Source: the human T2T-CHM13v2.0 reference genome, Homo sapiens. Taken from it: DNA of 64,000 nt. The stretch lies in NCBI RefSeq assembly GCF_009914755.1, contig NC_060940.1; one strand, 5' to 3'. A program made the position numbers and the translations under genes. The notes under the pieces are model-generated. The model saw nothing but the letters and a program-made list of their open reading frames with translations. It ran no database searches and had not been told where the DNA came from. How positions within the stretch are numbered: the first letter of the stretch is position 1; every line of letters starts with the position of its first letter. This document shows, in pieces, positions 19,639-39,296 of this stretch.

Positions 19639-20678
19639 TTGGGTCTACAGTAATTTTATTGTAACAGAGAAACCAGGCCGCAATAAGTCTACATGGTTAG
19701 AGCAGATGGTGGTTCTTTCCAGTGGGTGAAGCCTGAACCCAGCTAGCAGCACGCAAAGCCTAGAATATCCTCTTTCCTGGTACCACCCTGCGCCGCTGGA
19801 CTCACAGTGTGAGATGAGAGGCTGCACACCACATTCAACAAAGGGAGGAGGTCCAACCGGGCAGAGACAACATCCCAACTGGAGAAACTTGCACTATCAT
19901 TCAAGAGGATGCCGAGATAAAGTACAGTTTCCTACTCTCCACTATTCTTTGCTGAAAAGGGTGAGGGTACAGCATCAGCAGAAAATTATGTTCTTCATTC
20001 TTAAATAAATCTCGATAGGATGGAGTTGATGGTCAATCAAGCAGTAGAATGGGATGAAAATCTGCAATAGTTAAAAAATCTTTGCGTGTAAGGAAAAGAA
20101 CGGCAATGACAAGGGAGAAAAGAGAGCCTTCTCTTTTTCTTAAATAAGACAGGAAACTGCATTATTTCCCTTGCTGGAGTGGCAGCAGCCTCATTGGTTT
20201 TCATAAAACATCATTTCTGCAGTGCGGCCTGTTGATAAGGTTGTTCCAAGATGGGAGGACAGACACGAGGCCGACTACTCATGACAGAACTAGGCCTTCT
20301 CTCAAAGCCTCTAACGTGTGCTGTTTCTCACGAGGAACCTGACACTTCAGTTAAAGCTTCTGAAATATTGCAATGGCATAATTGACAGGTTTTTTGGTGC
20401 GATGACTTTCTTGCACATGTAAACTCTTTGAGAAAAGTTGGAGAAAAAAGGACCGGGGAGAGTTTGGTTTAATATTCCAGACGCCAGCCATGGATGCCTC
20501 TGCCCTGTGTCACTACATGTTCTTTTCTGAGAAACATTCAAATGCTGAGTGTTACACACTGTGGCTGAAAGAAATGATCCACTCACCACCATCCACCCTC
20601 TCTCATTGTCTGTGTGAAGCTCTCAATAGCAGAGGCTGAAGACAGAAAGGTTGTCTCTGTTTCCTCGCACCAGGGACA
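19639..20678 (-). other. GOT2: GOT2 3' UTR (about 1.04 kb)
   Basis: Repeat-free sequence between the stop codon and AATAAA; U-rich tract further downstream on the minus strand. Confidence 0.85.
19655..19660 (-). terminator. GOT2: GOT2 polyadenylation signal AATAAA
   Basis: tttatt on plus; downstream U-rich tract (plus aaagaaaaaaga near 19608-19620); a further AATAAA at 19572-19577. Confidence 0.85.
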
Positions 20679-20879
<201 letters not shown>

Positions 20880-21753
20880 TTACCAACGCTCTATTTCCTC
20901 GCTTAAAACCTGTTCCCAGAATTTGCTGTTAGCTTGGAATAAAATAAGAATAAAAAGCTACTTTAAGGCTGGGGCGGTGGCTCACACTTGTAATCCCAGC
21001 TATTCAGGAGGCTAAGGCAGGAGAATAGCTGGAACCTGGAACCTGGAACCTGGGAGGCAGAGGCTGCAGTGAGCCGAGATTGCGCCAATGCACTCCAGCC
21101 TGGGCGACACAGTGAGACTCCATCTCAAAAAAAGAAAAAAAAAAAAGCTACTTTAAAGTAGGATGATGAATTCTGATGCATAAACAGATGGGGAAAAAGA
21201 CACCTTTAGATTCAGCAGAGCCAGGATTCAATTATGAAACAGCTATTTCTCCTGTTGCTCTCTTGGGAGAAGCAACAGTGATTATGAACATGATCAAAAC
21301 AAGCTCTGCTCTTTAGAAGTTTGTGAGTTCATGGGGGATACAGAGAGGTAAACAACTAAAAAAAAAAAGCAAAATAAATGCTAAAAAGTATTACAATACT
21401 TTTACCTAAAAGGGCTCCAAAATAACTGTTTTAACTGTTTTTAGGGTAATTTTGAACAGGTGGGTGATCTATGAAGAATCCTTCTGGGGCTGGGCTCAGT
21501 GGCTCACACCTGTAATCCCAGTAGTTTGGGAGACCAAGGCAGGCGGATCGCTTGAGTCCAGGAGTTCAAGACAAGCCCGGGCAACATGGCGAAACTATGT
21601 CTCCACAAAAAATACAAAAATTAGCCAGGTGTGGTGGCACTCACTTCTAGTCCCAGCTGCTCGGGAGGCTGAGGCAGGAGGATCACTTAAGCCCTGGGAG
21701 GTGGAGGTTGCAGTGAGCTGAGATTGCACCACTGCACTCCAGCCTGGGTTTCA

Positions 21754-22146
<393 letters not shown>

Positions 22147-22305
22147 TTACCTCCCTTGAGCAGTCCCCTAGTGTGCCTCAATTCTCAGGTCACGAATGAG
22201 TGACACGCTGTCACTGGCCAGGGAAGAAAGCTATTTTATAGCATTCTGTTTTATATTGGAACACTATTTCCATAAGGCAACTGAAGCAGTTAACACACTT
22301 GAGTA

Positions 22306-23093
<788 letters not shown>

Positions 23094-23107
23094 TATTAAG
23101 AAAAGTG

Positions 23108-23495
23108 GGCGGGGCACGGTGGCTCACGCCTGTAATCCCAGCACTTTGGGAGGCCCAGGCGGGCGGATCACGAGGTCAGGAGATCGAGACCATCCTGGCT
23201 AACACGGTGAAACCCCGTCTCTACTAAAAATACAAAAAAATTAGCCGGGCGGATCACGAGGTCAGGAGATCGAGACCATCCTGGCTAACACGGTGAAACC
23301 CCGTCTCTAATAAAAATACAAAAAAATTAGCCGGGCGTGGCAGCGGGTGCCTGTAGTCTCAGCTGCTGGGGAGGCTGAGGCAGAAGAATGGTGTGAACCC
23401 AGAAGGCAGAGCTTGCAGTGAGCGGAGATGGCGCCACTGCACTCCAGCCTGGGTGAGAGAGCAAGACTCTGTCTCAAAAAAAAAAAAAAAAAAAA
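23108..23495 (+). mobile_element. AluY with an 86-bp internal tandem duplication
   Basis: 23161-23246 is repeated at 23247-23332; TSD aagaaaagtg. Confidence 0.9.
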
Positions 23496-25253
23496 AGAAA
23501 AGTGAATGAATCACTCTAAAACCTACTAAGATTAAGGTAAAAGCTGTGGGTTAAACAAAAAAAAAAAATGACCTTATTTTTGACATGGATGAAATATACA
23601 TTCCCATCTTCACAATTGAGACAATGTACTATGAATCTACAATGAGCCAAGCTATTTTAGGTGGTGAGGACTGAGACATAGTCCTTGCCTTCAAAAGCTT
23701 GCAAGGGGTGCTTGTAACCAAACCTGTAAACCAAGTATGGAATACGGCCACAAAATGTAAAACACATAGGACACTGCTATGCTAAAAGCCCCAAGGAGAG
23801 TAAATTCTGTCTGAGGGACTGGAGAAGGTAGTCCTCTGACTGTGCACGGGGATCACCTGATTCTGAATACAACCTTCCCCTTCCTCAGAATCTACCCTTT
23901 CCACTCCATTCCCATGGCTCTGGGACATTCTTGGCTCTCACCAATGACATTCCCATTTACAGTTTATCTCCCTGTTCTTAGGTGTTCACTTTCCTAAACC
24001 ATCTCTGTATAATGATGTTATGCACGGTTAGAAGAGAGATCACAAACTGCCAATTAAAGACCAAATATGGGACCTAGTAATGTTTTACTTCACCCAGTGA
24101 AACGTTTTTAAATTGGGCACTTGTGCCTAAAAGCTGAAACCTGTAGTTTCTCTTGAAAAATGAGAAACGATAGCACTGTATTAGCAAAATAATTACTGGC
24201 TGGAGCTGAGGAGCCCCTGGCCCCTCCAGTTATGGCATCTGATTTTAAATTTCCTACAGTTTCCATCGTCCAGCTTCATTCACTTTGAGGCCTGGATCCC
24301 AAAGATATTGAGTGCATGAACAGGGCTAGATGTGGAGCCATCTTAGCCAAACCCCTCCATCCTCCTTGTTGCCTGGAGAATCAAGTGTTGACTTCTTACA
24401 GTATCAACCAGGGTGCTTCACGATCTGCTCCACCTTCTCAGCTTGGCTGTCTCCCACAGTCCTCCTCACATTCGTGTTTTCATCACGAAAACAACTTGGG
24501 GCTTTCTACACAAGTTCTGCATAATGCACGTCCCACGCCTATGCCCTCACTCAGATCTCTCCCCAGTTTCCTTGTCCGTTTCATTTCCTTTGCAAAAAAA
24601 AAAGCCCTTTCCCCTCTTTAATGCACAGCTCACATGCCGCAGTCCTCATTACATCTTCTCTAACTCCCCACTAGAATCAACAGCTCTCCCTTTAGTCATC
24701 ATTTATTCCATTCTGTCTTATATTAAATATCATGTGTGGCCAGGCGCGGTGGCTCACGTCTATAATCCTAGCACTTTGGGAGGCTGAGGTGGATGGATCC
24801 ATTGAGGTCAGGAGTTTGAGACCAGCCTGGCCAATGTGGTGAAACCCAGTCTCTACTAAAAATACAGAAATTAGCCAGTCATGGTGGTGGGTGCCTGTGA
24901 TCCCAGCTCAGGGGAGCCTGAGGCAGGAGAATCGCTTGAACCCAGGAGGCGGAGGTTGCAGTGAGCTGAGATTGTGCCACTGCACTCCGGCCTGGGCCAC
25001 AGAGCAAGATTCTCTCAAAACAACAACAAGAACAACAACAACAACAACAACAACAAGAACAAGAAAGTCATGTGTGTATCTTTCTCATCAGATTATAACC
25101 ACCCTGAGGGTAGTCATTAACACAGTCTGGCATCTTTGTCTACTACAGACTCTCAAATTGTGTATTGAAATGCATGCATTAAAAAAAATCTTCATAACCA
25201 GAGAATATGAAAATATTTTTAAAAACATTGAAAATATTAAGTAAAAAAGCTTA

Positions 25254-25605
<352 letters not shown>

Positions 25606-26285
25606 TCAAAAACAAAAACACAAAAAACAAAAAAACCACACACACAAACAAAAAACAAATAAAGAAAAAACAAACAAACAATGGGTAAGGGAAAAAAAAA
25701 GCTGAGTTAGAATAGCTAGAGTTATGGTTAATTTTTTCCCTTTCACAAACTTTCTGAAATATACTTACATGTTAATATCATGCTGCAAAAAAATATAACT
25801 TAAAAAGTACTCAAATTTTTGGTAGGTCTAGCATGAACCTATTATACCATAAAGAACTACCCTGAGCTGGGTGCGGTGGCTCACAGCTGTAATCCCAGCA
25901 CTTTGGAAGGCTGAGGTGGGAGGATGACTTGAGCCCAGGAGTTTGAGACTGGCCTGGACAACACAGTGAGACCTTGTCTTTATAAAAAATCAAAAGGAAA
26001 AAACAAAACAAAACAAAACAAAAAACAAAAAAAACTATCCTGAACCAGACTCTTAGTATTTACTTTAATCTTCATGGGACAGAGAGACAGAAAAAATAGT
26101 TGTCACATGATGACTAGGGGAGGTACATATCAAGTTTCTTAGAGATAGCAGATTTAGCTTTTCTACCCAAGAGCTGCTCAGAGATGTGACCTCTCAACTA
26201 AGCAGCTCATATAACAAATATACGATAAACTCATATAACAAATCACACCTTCCACAGGCATCATGGTTTTATGAACTCATAGAGT

Positions 26286-26506
26286 AGGGGTTGGCATTCT
26301 TTCTGTAAATGGCCAAACAGTAATTATTTTAGGCTTTATAGGCCATATGGTCTCTGCCTTCTACAACTGCTCACTCGGCCATGGCAGCAAAGAAGTAGCT
26401 ATACAAAATTCATAAACAAATGGGTACAGCTGTGTTCCAATAAAACTTTATTTACAAGAATAGGGGGCAAACTGGATTGACTCTCAGAACAGTTTGCCAA
26501 CCCCTT
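26286..26506 (+). mobile_element. MER58A (hAT-Charlie)
   Basis: TIRs aggggttggca / tgccaacccct; internal gctgtgttccaataaaactttatttaca. Confidence 0.8.
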
Positions 26507-26776
26507 TCTACAGCAGTGTTTTCTAAATTATGTGTCATGACCCATTGGTAGGTTAATTTTTTTATTTTTTATTTTTTTATTTTCTTTTATTTTAATAGAG
26601 ACACAGTCTTGCTATGTTGCCCAGGCTGGTCTCCAACTCCTGGGTTCAAGGGATCCACCTGCCTTGGCCTCCCAAAATGCATGCTGGGATTATAGGTGTG
26701 AGCCACCTTACCTGGCTTAGTATGTTAAATTCAACTTAGTAAGATGCAGTTGGCATTTAGAAAATATTGGAGTGGA

Positions 26777-27250
<474 letters not shown>

Positions 27251-28079
27251 CGAGTAAAGCACATGAAGCCTTTAGTATTGAGTCTGGAAGACAGTTTCAG
27301 TTATATACACATATAAGTATATAATATGTTCAAGGTCATGATGTAAAATATATATTTTTAAAATTTTATAGATGGGGTTTCAGTATGTTGCCCAGGCTTG
27401 TCTCAAACGATCTTTCCACCTCAGCCTCCCAAAGTGTTGGGATTACAGGTGTGAGCCACTGTGCCCAGACTTAAATATATTTCTTATGTGGATTGTGGTC
27501 AAAAAAATTTAGTAACACTAATTCAGAGAACAGATGTTGAGAGTCAGATAGTACAGATAATAAAAAACAAGCTGAGTGCAGTGGCTCACACCTGCAATCC
27601 CAGCACTTAGGGAGTCTGTGGTGGGAGGATCATTTGAGCCCAGGAGTTTGAGGAGACCAGCCTGGGCAAGACAGCAAGACCCTGTCTCTACAATAAAATA
27701 CAAACATATGCAAAAATACGGATTCAATGCTAGCAATTATTAGGACACAAACAAAAATATGATGTTTTTAAGGAAGTTTTCCTATGTAAGGTACTTAATT
27801 TGAAACTGATTTTAGGGGAAAGCAGGTTCTACTTAACACGGAGATGACGGAATAAAAGGAACTACCATTTAAAAATTATGACTGCCTCTTACAGAGAAAT
27901 ATCAATTAACTTGGTTCAAAGTGCTAACAAATACTCGGGAGGCTGAGGCTGGAGGACTGCTTGAGGCCAGGAGTACAAAGTTACAGTGAGTTAGGATTGC
28001 AACACTGCACTCCAGACTGGGTGACAGAGCAAGACCCTGTCTCAACCAATCTATCTATCTATCTATATATATAGATTGA

Positions 28080-28241
<162 letters not shown>

Positions 28242-28520
28242 TAGAGACGGGGTTTCTCCATGTTGGTCAGGCTGGTCTCGAACTCCCGACCTCAGGTGAT
28301 CCACCTGCCTCGGCCTCCCAAAGTGCTGCGATTACAGGCGTGAGCCACTGTGCCCGGCCTTAATTTTTTAAAAAAGGAATGCACATTTTTTGCTTCCTTC
28401 CCTGCCTTCCACATATGGAATCTATGGGGTACTGTATATCACTAGAGGTCAATTAAAAACTAACTTTGAAGGAGCAGTGGTGGGAACAGGTAGGTGGCTG
28501 GGGAGTGGCATAAACCTTTA

Positions 28521-28727
<207 letters not shown>

Positions 28728-29065
28728 CTAATGTGCTAAAGCAAATCATGAGTGTATTTGCTACGTATTATCTGTTTCCATCCAAAGGACCCCAAAATAA
28801 CTTTATTATAAATAAAAAGCTTTCAACAACCAGAGTGGTGAACTGAGGCACAAGGAAGTTTTGAGTACTCAGAGTATTCAAAGGTATTTTTTATTGTATC
28901 TATCTTCTTGGCTCACGGATTTGTTACTTTTTGTTTAGAGAAGCAGTAATCAGTTTCCTTTGCTGGAAAAACTTAAGGACACCGAAGAATATATGGCTAA
29001 GAAAATCAGTAAAATCTACGATACTGGTCTTTCATCTTAGGGTAGGGAGGGACATGGACATGGAT

Positions 29066-29068
<3 letters not shown>

Positions 29069-29096
<28 letters not shown>
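29069..29096. repeat. (CA)14 microsatellite in GOT2 intron 7
   Basis: Read directly from the sequence. Confidence 0.95.
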
Positions 29097-29099
<3 letters not shown>

Positions 29100-29150
29100 A
29101 CAAGCTCTATGCCCTCGTGGCATTCTCTCCCAGCATGAGAGCATGTGTCA

Positions 29151-29378
<228 letters not shown>

Positions 29379-29553
29379 TTATAAAAGTCTGAAAGATGTT
29401 TATGTGAGGTGGGCATGGTCCCAATAAGCACAATAAGCCTTTTCTGGGGCTAACGTAATCCTGGAAGACTCAACTTATACCCAGGACTCACGAGACAACA
29501 TCATTAGAACCATTTTATCTTGAAAGTGCTCTCCAAATGCTGTTTCTGTCTCA

Positions 29554-29733
<180 letters not shown>

Positions 29734-30091
29734 TTAGCCAGGCAGGTGTGGCACACATGTCTGTAGTCCCAGCTACTCAGGGGCTGAGGTAGGAGGATTG
29801 TTTGAGCCCTGGAGGTAGAGGCTGCTGTGAGCTGTGACTGTGCCACTGCGTTCTGGCTTAAGGCGACAGAGTGAGACTCTGTCTCAAAAGAAAAAAAAAG
29901 AGAGAGAGAGAAAAGAAAGGGAAATGAAAAGGAGTGAAAAGGGAAAACAGGGACATGAGACAACAGGAATAACATTTTCCTCCCTAGGAATTTTGACTAG
30001 TGTCTTCTCTGACAGCTGGCTACACTTTGAGAGTGATCATGGCAATGCTGCAAAGGAGAGGACATGAAAAAGTGTTTAAAAAGATCAATAA

Positions 30092-30370
<279 letters not shown>

Positions 30371-30616
30371 TAGTTTTAGTAGAGACGGGGTTTCACCATG
30401 TTGGCCAGGCTGGTCTCGAACTGACCTCAGGTGATCCACCTGCCTCGACCTCCCAAAGTGCTGGGATTACAGGCGTGAGCCACCGCGCCCAGCCAAAAAA
30501 AATTACTTTCAAATACTCATGCGTCATCAATCCCAGAACTGCTAATCACGCAAATGGGGAGCCCTTTTCTGGCAGCTTATCCACCTGTGTGGACATTTCA
30601 CGCAGGTTCGAGGTTA

Positions 30617-30808
<192 letters not shown>

Positions 30809-30848
30809 CTAAAGAGAAAAACAGCCAAGAGACGACTTTGCAGCTTTA

Positions 30849-31196
<348 letters not shown>

Positions 31197-31703
31197 CTAA
31201 AAGATGGGACGAAAGGAAACAGAAAAATGAACAAAGGAGAGGCAAAAAAATGTTGATGTGTTTTATTGAGAGAACATTTTTCTCTGCTGAAACCCAGTTT
31301 CTCTCTATGGTTGAGAAGCAGTATTGACTCAGCAGTAAGACTGCCTGGGTTGGAATAGTCTCTGACAGTTATACTGGCCATGTAGCCAAGGACCTTTCTG
31401 GGTCTTGCTTTCTTCACTTGTAAAGGGGGTTAATTGTACCTCTCTCATAGGGATTAAACAAGTTAAAATGCAAAAGCTCCCTAGTAAATAGTAAGTTCCT
31501 AGTGAACTGAATTTATCATCATCACTAATATATCTTTCCTGTAATTTCTTCAAAGTCCTTTCATTTTTTCATGAGAATAGGACATCTGCAAACTTCACGG
31601 AAAGAAGAAATCTACTTCTGCATCAACAGTCAAATACACACACAACAGGAAGCCCTGTCATCTGGAATTTATAATTCTTTCCTGAAGAAGCTTCCAGACT
31701 CAC

Positions 31704-31763
31704 CAGAAAACTGGCTCCGATCCTTAAGGCTCCAGTTCCAGAAATGGTCTGCACAGTGACAAA
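31704..31763 (-). CDS. GOT2: GOT2 exon 4
   Basis: Acceptor ttcag, donor CTG|GTGAGT; FVTVQTISGTGALRIGASFL; 60 nt. Confidence 0.98.
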
Positions 31764-32402
31764 CTGAAGGAGAGATACCCACGGTCAGTGATGTGCAACA
31801 CTCTCTATACAGGCCCAGACCCAGGGCCACTGCTTTGTCCAGGACCTTTCATACTTCAGAAGCTCATTCTTTATGGCCTGTCAGTATCATTTCATGTTAC
31901 ACGGGAAACTTTCAGAACACAAAAATTCCTCCTCAATATGAAAAAGGGGTGAATTATATAAAAGATATAAAAAGACACTGAGAGGCTGGGTGCGGTGGCT
32001 CATGCCTGTAATCCCAGAACTTTAGGAGGCCAAGGCGGGTGGATCACCTGAGGTCAGGAGTTCGAGACCAGCCTGGCCAACATGGCGAGACCCTGTCTCT
32101 ACTAAAACAAAAATTAGCTGGGCATGGTGGCGCATGCCTGTAATCCCAGCTACTGGAAAGGCTGAGGCATGAGAATTGCTTGAACCTGCGAAGTGGAGGA
32201 TGCAGTGAGCCGAGACTGTGCCATTGCATTCTAGCATGGGCAAAAGAGTGAGACTCTGTCTCAAAAAAAATAAATAAATAAAATAAAAAGACACTGAGAA
32301 CAGTCACTACATTAAAACATTACTTTAGAATTATACAAAGTAGAATGACTCTCTAAACATCAAAGTTCCTTGAAAAGCAAGTCAACAAGTATACAAGGAT
32401 AA

Positions 32403-32492
<90 letters not shown>

Positions 32493-33271
32493 TGAGGTCA
32501 GGAGTTCGAGATCAGCCTGACCAACATGGAAAAACCCTGTCTCAACTAAAAATACAAAATTAGCCAGGTGTGTTGGCGCATGCCTGTAATCCCAGCTACT
32601 CAGGAAGGCTGAGGCGGGAGAATTGCTTGAACCCAGGAGGCGGAGGTTGCGTTGAGCTGAGATCGTGCTATTGCACTCCAGCCTGGGCAACAAGAGCGAA
32701 ATTCCATCTCTAAATAAATAAATAAATAAAGGTTTTCTAAGAGGTCCCCTTCTATGTGTTTTCATAATCTGAAAATATTCATGTTTTGGGTAATAGGAAG
32801 ATGCCTAAGGTGAATCTCCTTATTCAAATTGGTCAACTTTAAGGGACAAACAAGAAATTACCATAGGTTTAAGAGGTTTTTGTTTGTTGTTTTTAAAGGT
32901 GTTGTAGAAGTACAAGGCTCTACAAAGCACAAATGTATTTTTCTGGACTGGGGTGGTAGTAGATTAAAGAGGGAAAAACCCAACTAAAAAATTATTTTAA
33001 ATAGTTTGTCCTGCAAGCTTTGGCATGATGGAAATAAAAACCTCACTGTAGGTCCGATGATACTACGATTCACAAAGGCACAACAATTTTTTTTTTTTTT
33101 TTTTGAGATAGGTTCGTGCTCTGTCACCCAGGCTAGAATGCAATGGCATAAACTTGGCTCACTGCAACCTCCACCTTCTGGGTTCCAGGATTCCTCCCAT
33201 GTCAGCCTCCCCAGTAGCTGAGACTACAGGCGTGCACCACCACACCTGGCTAATTTTTGTATTTTTAGTAG

Positions 33272-33409
<138 letters not shown>

Positions 33410-34307
33410 TAAAAGACAAGCTGATGTTATTTTAAGGTAGGCCAGTTTCATACTTAGGTTGTTATTTAGATGGAGCAGAGACTAGGCAAAAGAGCACATG
33501 AATTAAAAAGTACAGAAATTTCCAGGAGGGGCTAACAGGCAGTTGACTGTATGGACAGAACTAAACCAAATTCTATTTGACGTAGGATAATTACTACATA
33601 ACCCTGGGGTTGAGGTTGTGTGCTTTACTCTGAGTTAACGAATTCATGTGTGGACTTAGACCAGTCTTGTAAATAAAGTGTATTTATTCTGGCTTTTCAG
33701 AGGGGGAAGGGCAGAAAAAATGTTGACTTAATTTTGCTAGTTTGTATGTTTCTTCACTCCCCAGGCTTACCCAGAAAAACGTACAAATGCACTCACTAAA
33801 AAACATGTTTTTTTCAAAAGAAAGTGAACCACAATGTGCACGAGTTCACATGTTGGGAGCGTGGTCTTCTTTCTGTGTCCATGTGGGCTGTGAAGGGACA
33901 GCAGAGGGCTGCCAGACTGGTCCAGCCCCCACAGTCCACCCATGGCTTGTTTCCTGCTTGCTGCTTCTGTGCAAGTTGGAAGCTTAGGACATGAGGGTGT
34001 GGGCTAACTGCAGGCTTAAAACTCGGCATAGTTAACATTTCTAAAGCATATTTGATGTAAAATGAACATAAGCAGGTAGAGACTAACAGCAAAAGTAACA
34101 TCAAATCTATCAGTCAAATGACTACCGCATTTTCAGGATTACTACTAGTACATTTTTGGAATTGGTGTCATGTAAATTATTTTATTTAATGATGGCAATT
34201 TACTATCAAATAAGAATTATTAGAAATAGTGTGGCCTCCTCAAAACAATCATTACACACAAAATGAGTTATCTTTTCATATTTCTTAAATTTTTTTTTTT
34301 TTTTTGA

Positions 34308-34403
<96 letters not shown>

Positions 34404-34651
34404 TAAGCCTCCTGAGTAGCTGGGATTACAGGCATGTGTCACCATGCCCGGCTAATTTTGTATTTTTAGTAGAGATGGGGTTTCTCCATGTTAATCAGGC
34501 TGGTCTCGAACTCCCGACCTCAGATGAACCACCCGCCTTGGCCTCCCAAAGTGGTGGGATTACAGGCGTGAGCCATCGCGCCTGGCCTAAAATTGTTTAA
34601 ATAATTACAAATTTGTTAAAACAGACCTGGGATGATGCCAGAGCCTGCTCA

Positions 34652-34786
<135 letters not shown>

Positions 34787-34882
34787 CTAGACAAGAGAAA
34801 ATACATCCATTGAATTTCTTCTCCTTACTTGGAATTACTATGATTAATGTTTAAAGTTTTATAAGTTAAGTTTTGGAGGTAA

Positions 34883-35056
<174 letters not shown>

Positions 35057-36229
35057 TAGTAGATACGGGGTTTCACTATGTTGGCCAGGCTGGTCTCGAA
35101 CTCCTGACCTCAGGTGATCCACCTGCCTCGGCCTCCTAAAGTGCTGGGATTACAGGCATGAGCCACTGCGCCCGGCCAAACCTTTTTTTAAAATTTGAAG
35201 TTACTCTCTGAGAAGAAGGGTAGGTAGAATGCTTGATAGTTTGTATTGCAGAACAGAAATACTTTCTTTTTCAAATTGTATTTTATTGTTTAAGTTAGGT
35301 TTTATGTGGATGGGTATAGTCTCTCTTGGTTACAATTTAACATAAAATGAGATTCTTGGAATGCACAAGACCAAGGTTTAAGAGCAACACCTAAAATAGA
35401 TATAAGATGATTAAATCAAACTAAATACAAAAGAGAAAGCATGTCAAGCTATATGCCAGTCTAAGAACTTCGAAGTGTTAACAGTAATAGCCACACATCT
35501 TCGTGCTTTGGCATTGGAAGCCTGGCTGTCCCTTACAAGTTGTGTTACCCTAGGCAAGTTATTTAGCCTTCCTGAGCCTCAGTTTCCTCCTCTGTTAAAT
35601 GGAGGAACTATTTCTACCTCTCACAGTGTTGAGGTGAAGTGTGAATGAGGGAATGTACAATAGTGCTTGGTAGTGATGCAGGTTGCAGTAGCAAATACTT
35701 GCTGAATAACTTAAAAAATTATTCTAAGGGGATTTGTTATATTATTTAGTTAACAAATAAAGATGCTACTAATAAAAATATAACAAAAGAAAGAGGTGAA
35801 AATTGCATAGCTCAGCAGGAAGAAAGGACAGAGCATGCCTGTGTACAAAGGTTTGATTAAAGTAATCACAGTTAGAGAAATGGAAAATAAAAATAGTAAT
35901 CCACGAAGAGCTATTCCTCTCAACAAGAGACAGCGCTTAAAGTCTTGGTCCTCTTATGCACCTTCAGGATTAAAGTAGGCATAGCTAAGCATTTCTAAAG
36001 CGTATTTAATGTCTGTTTTATAGATGATCACAGAACCATAGAAAGTTCAATCTTGGGAAAAAACAGGTGGTTCCAACCTCTCACCTTTACAGTCAAGGAG
36101 ACTACAGCCCAGAAAACCCGGGTGATTCATGCCATTAGTGCCAGAACTAAAGCCCAGGGCTCCTGATTCCCGGTCCAGCACTATTCCTGCCACTCTCCAG
36201 GGCTCTCTTCAGTTTATTCATCCCATTCA

Positions 36230-36427
<198 letters not shown>

Positions 36428-36486
36428 TTAGCTCAATCCCATTAGCTAGATCCAAGATCCATTTTACTTATTTATTTATGAGATAG

Positions 36487-36624
<138 letters not shown>

Positions 36625-37034
36625 TAATTTTTGTATTTTTAGTGGAGATGGGGTTTCACCATGTTGGCCAGGCTGGTTTTAAACTCCAGACCTCAAGTGA
36701 TCCACCGCACCCGGCCATATTACTCTTATATATTTAAAATTATGAAAAATACAAATTTGTGTTAAATAAAATTGAATTGCTATTCTGACAAACTTTTTTT
36801 TTTTTTTTGAGACAGAGTCTCGCTCTGTCACCCAGGCTGAAGTACAGTGGTGCAATCTTGGCTTACTGCAGTCTCTGCCTCCAGGGTTCAAACAATTCTG
36901 CCTCAGCCTCCGTGAGCCAAAACAGTATTGATTTACAGAAAATTGAGCAGATAGTACAGTCCCATATACCCTTACCCCCAGGTTTCCCCTATTAACATTT
37001 TACATTGGTATGGCACACTTGTTACAATTAATGA

Positions 37035-37358
<324 letters not shown>

Positions 37359-37605
37359 TAGGTCCACACATTATTTAGATTTCCTTAGCTTTTACCTATT
37401 TCTGTTCCACGATTCCATCTAGGACACCACATTATGCTTAGTTGCATGTCTCCATAAGCTCCTCTTCGCTGTGACAATTTTGGGAATGCTGGTCAGGTAT
37501 CTTGTAGGATGCCCCTCTACTGGAATTTGTCTGATGTTTTTCTTATTAGACTGGGGATAAGCTTTTGGGAGAACAGTAATTGTATTTTGTAATATGCCAG
37601 CTTGA

Positions 37606-37923
<318 letters not shown>

Positions 37924-38402
37924 TGAAGACAATTTCTAAGATCTTTAGGGTAACTTACACTTTTGGTCTAATATTACAATGAATTGATTAACAGATTATT
38001 ATTCATTGTATACCTAAATAATTTCTAAGATAGACTACAGACACATTGATTACCAAGCATAATTTAAAATTTATATACCTTTGTTTATTTTTACATGCTC
38101 GAGAGGCTATAGCTTTGAGTCATTAAAATAAAAAGGTCTTTCTTTGTTGCCACTTTAAGGAGGTATAAAAGGGATACATGTGGCTGTAGAAGTTGTACTG
38201 CGTGTGTTCACGAGTTTTGCCAGTCTGTTTAGAATGCTTGTGTAGGACTGACATCACCACCCTCTCTTCTTAATTTTCTCTGGGAAATAGAAGCTACTTT
38301 GGTTAAAAGATAAGCAATGAGTGTTGAGACCACACTAGGATCAACAGTGACAAATAAATACAACTGTGTGTTTTTAAGGAAAAAGAGTAGTATTGGTCTA
38401 AA

Positions 38403-38928
<526 letters not shown>

Positions 38929-38961
38929 TGATCCACCCACCTCGGCCCCCCAAAGTGCTGA

Positions 38962-39296
<335 letters not shown>

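Noticed and set aside
33765-34012. Strong minus-strand donor (TGG|GTAAGC near 33770) suggesting a cryptic exon in intron 3
   Set aside because: No convincing polypyrimidine acceptor upstream; unsupported without RNA data
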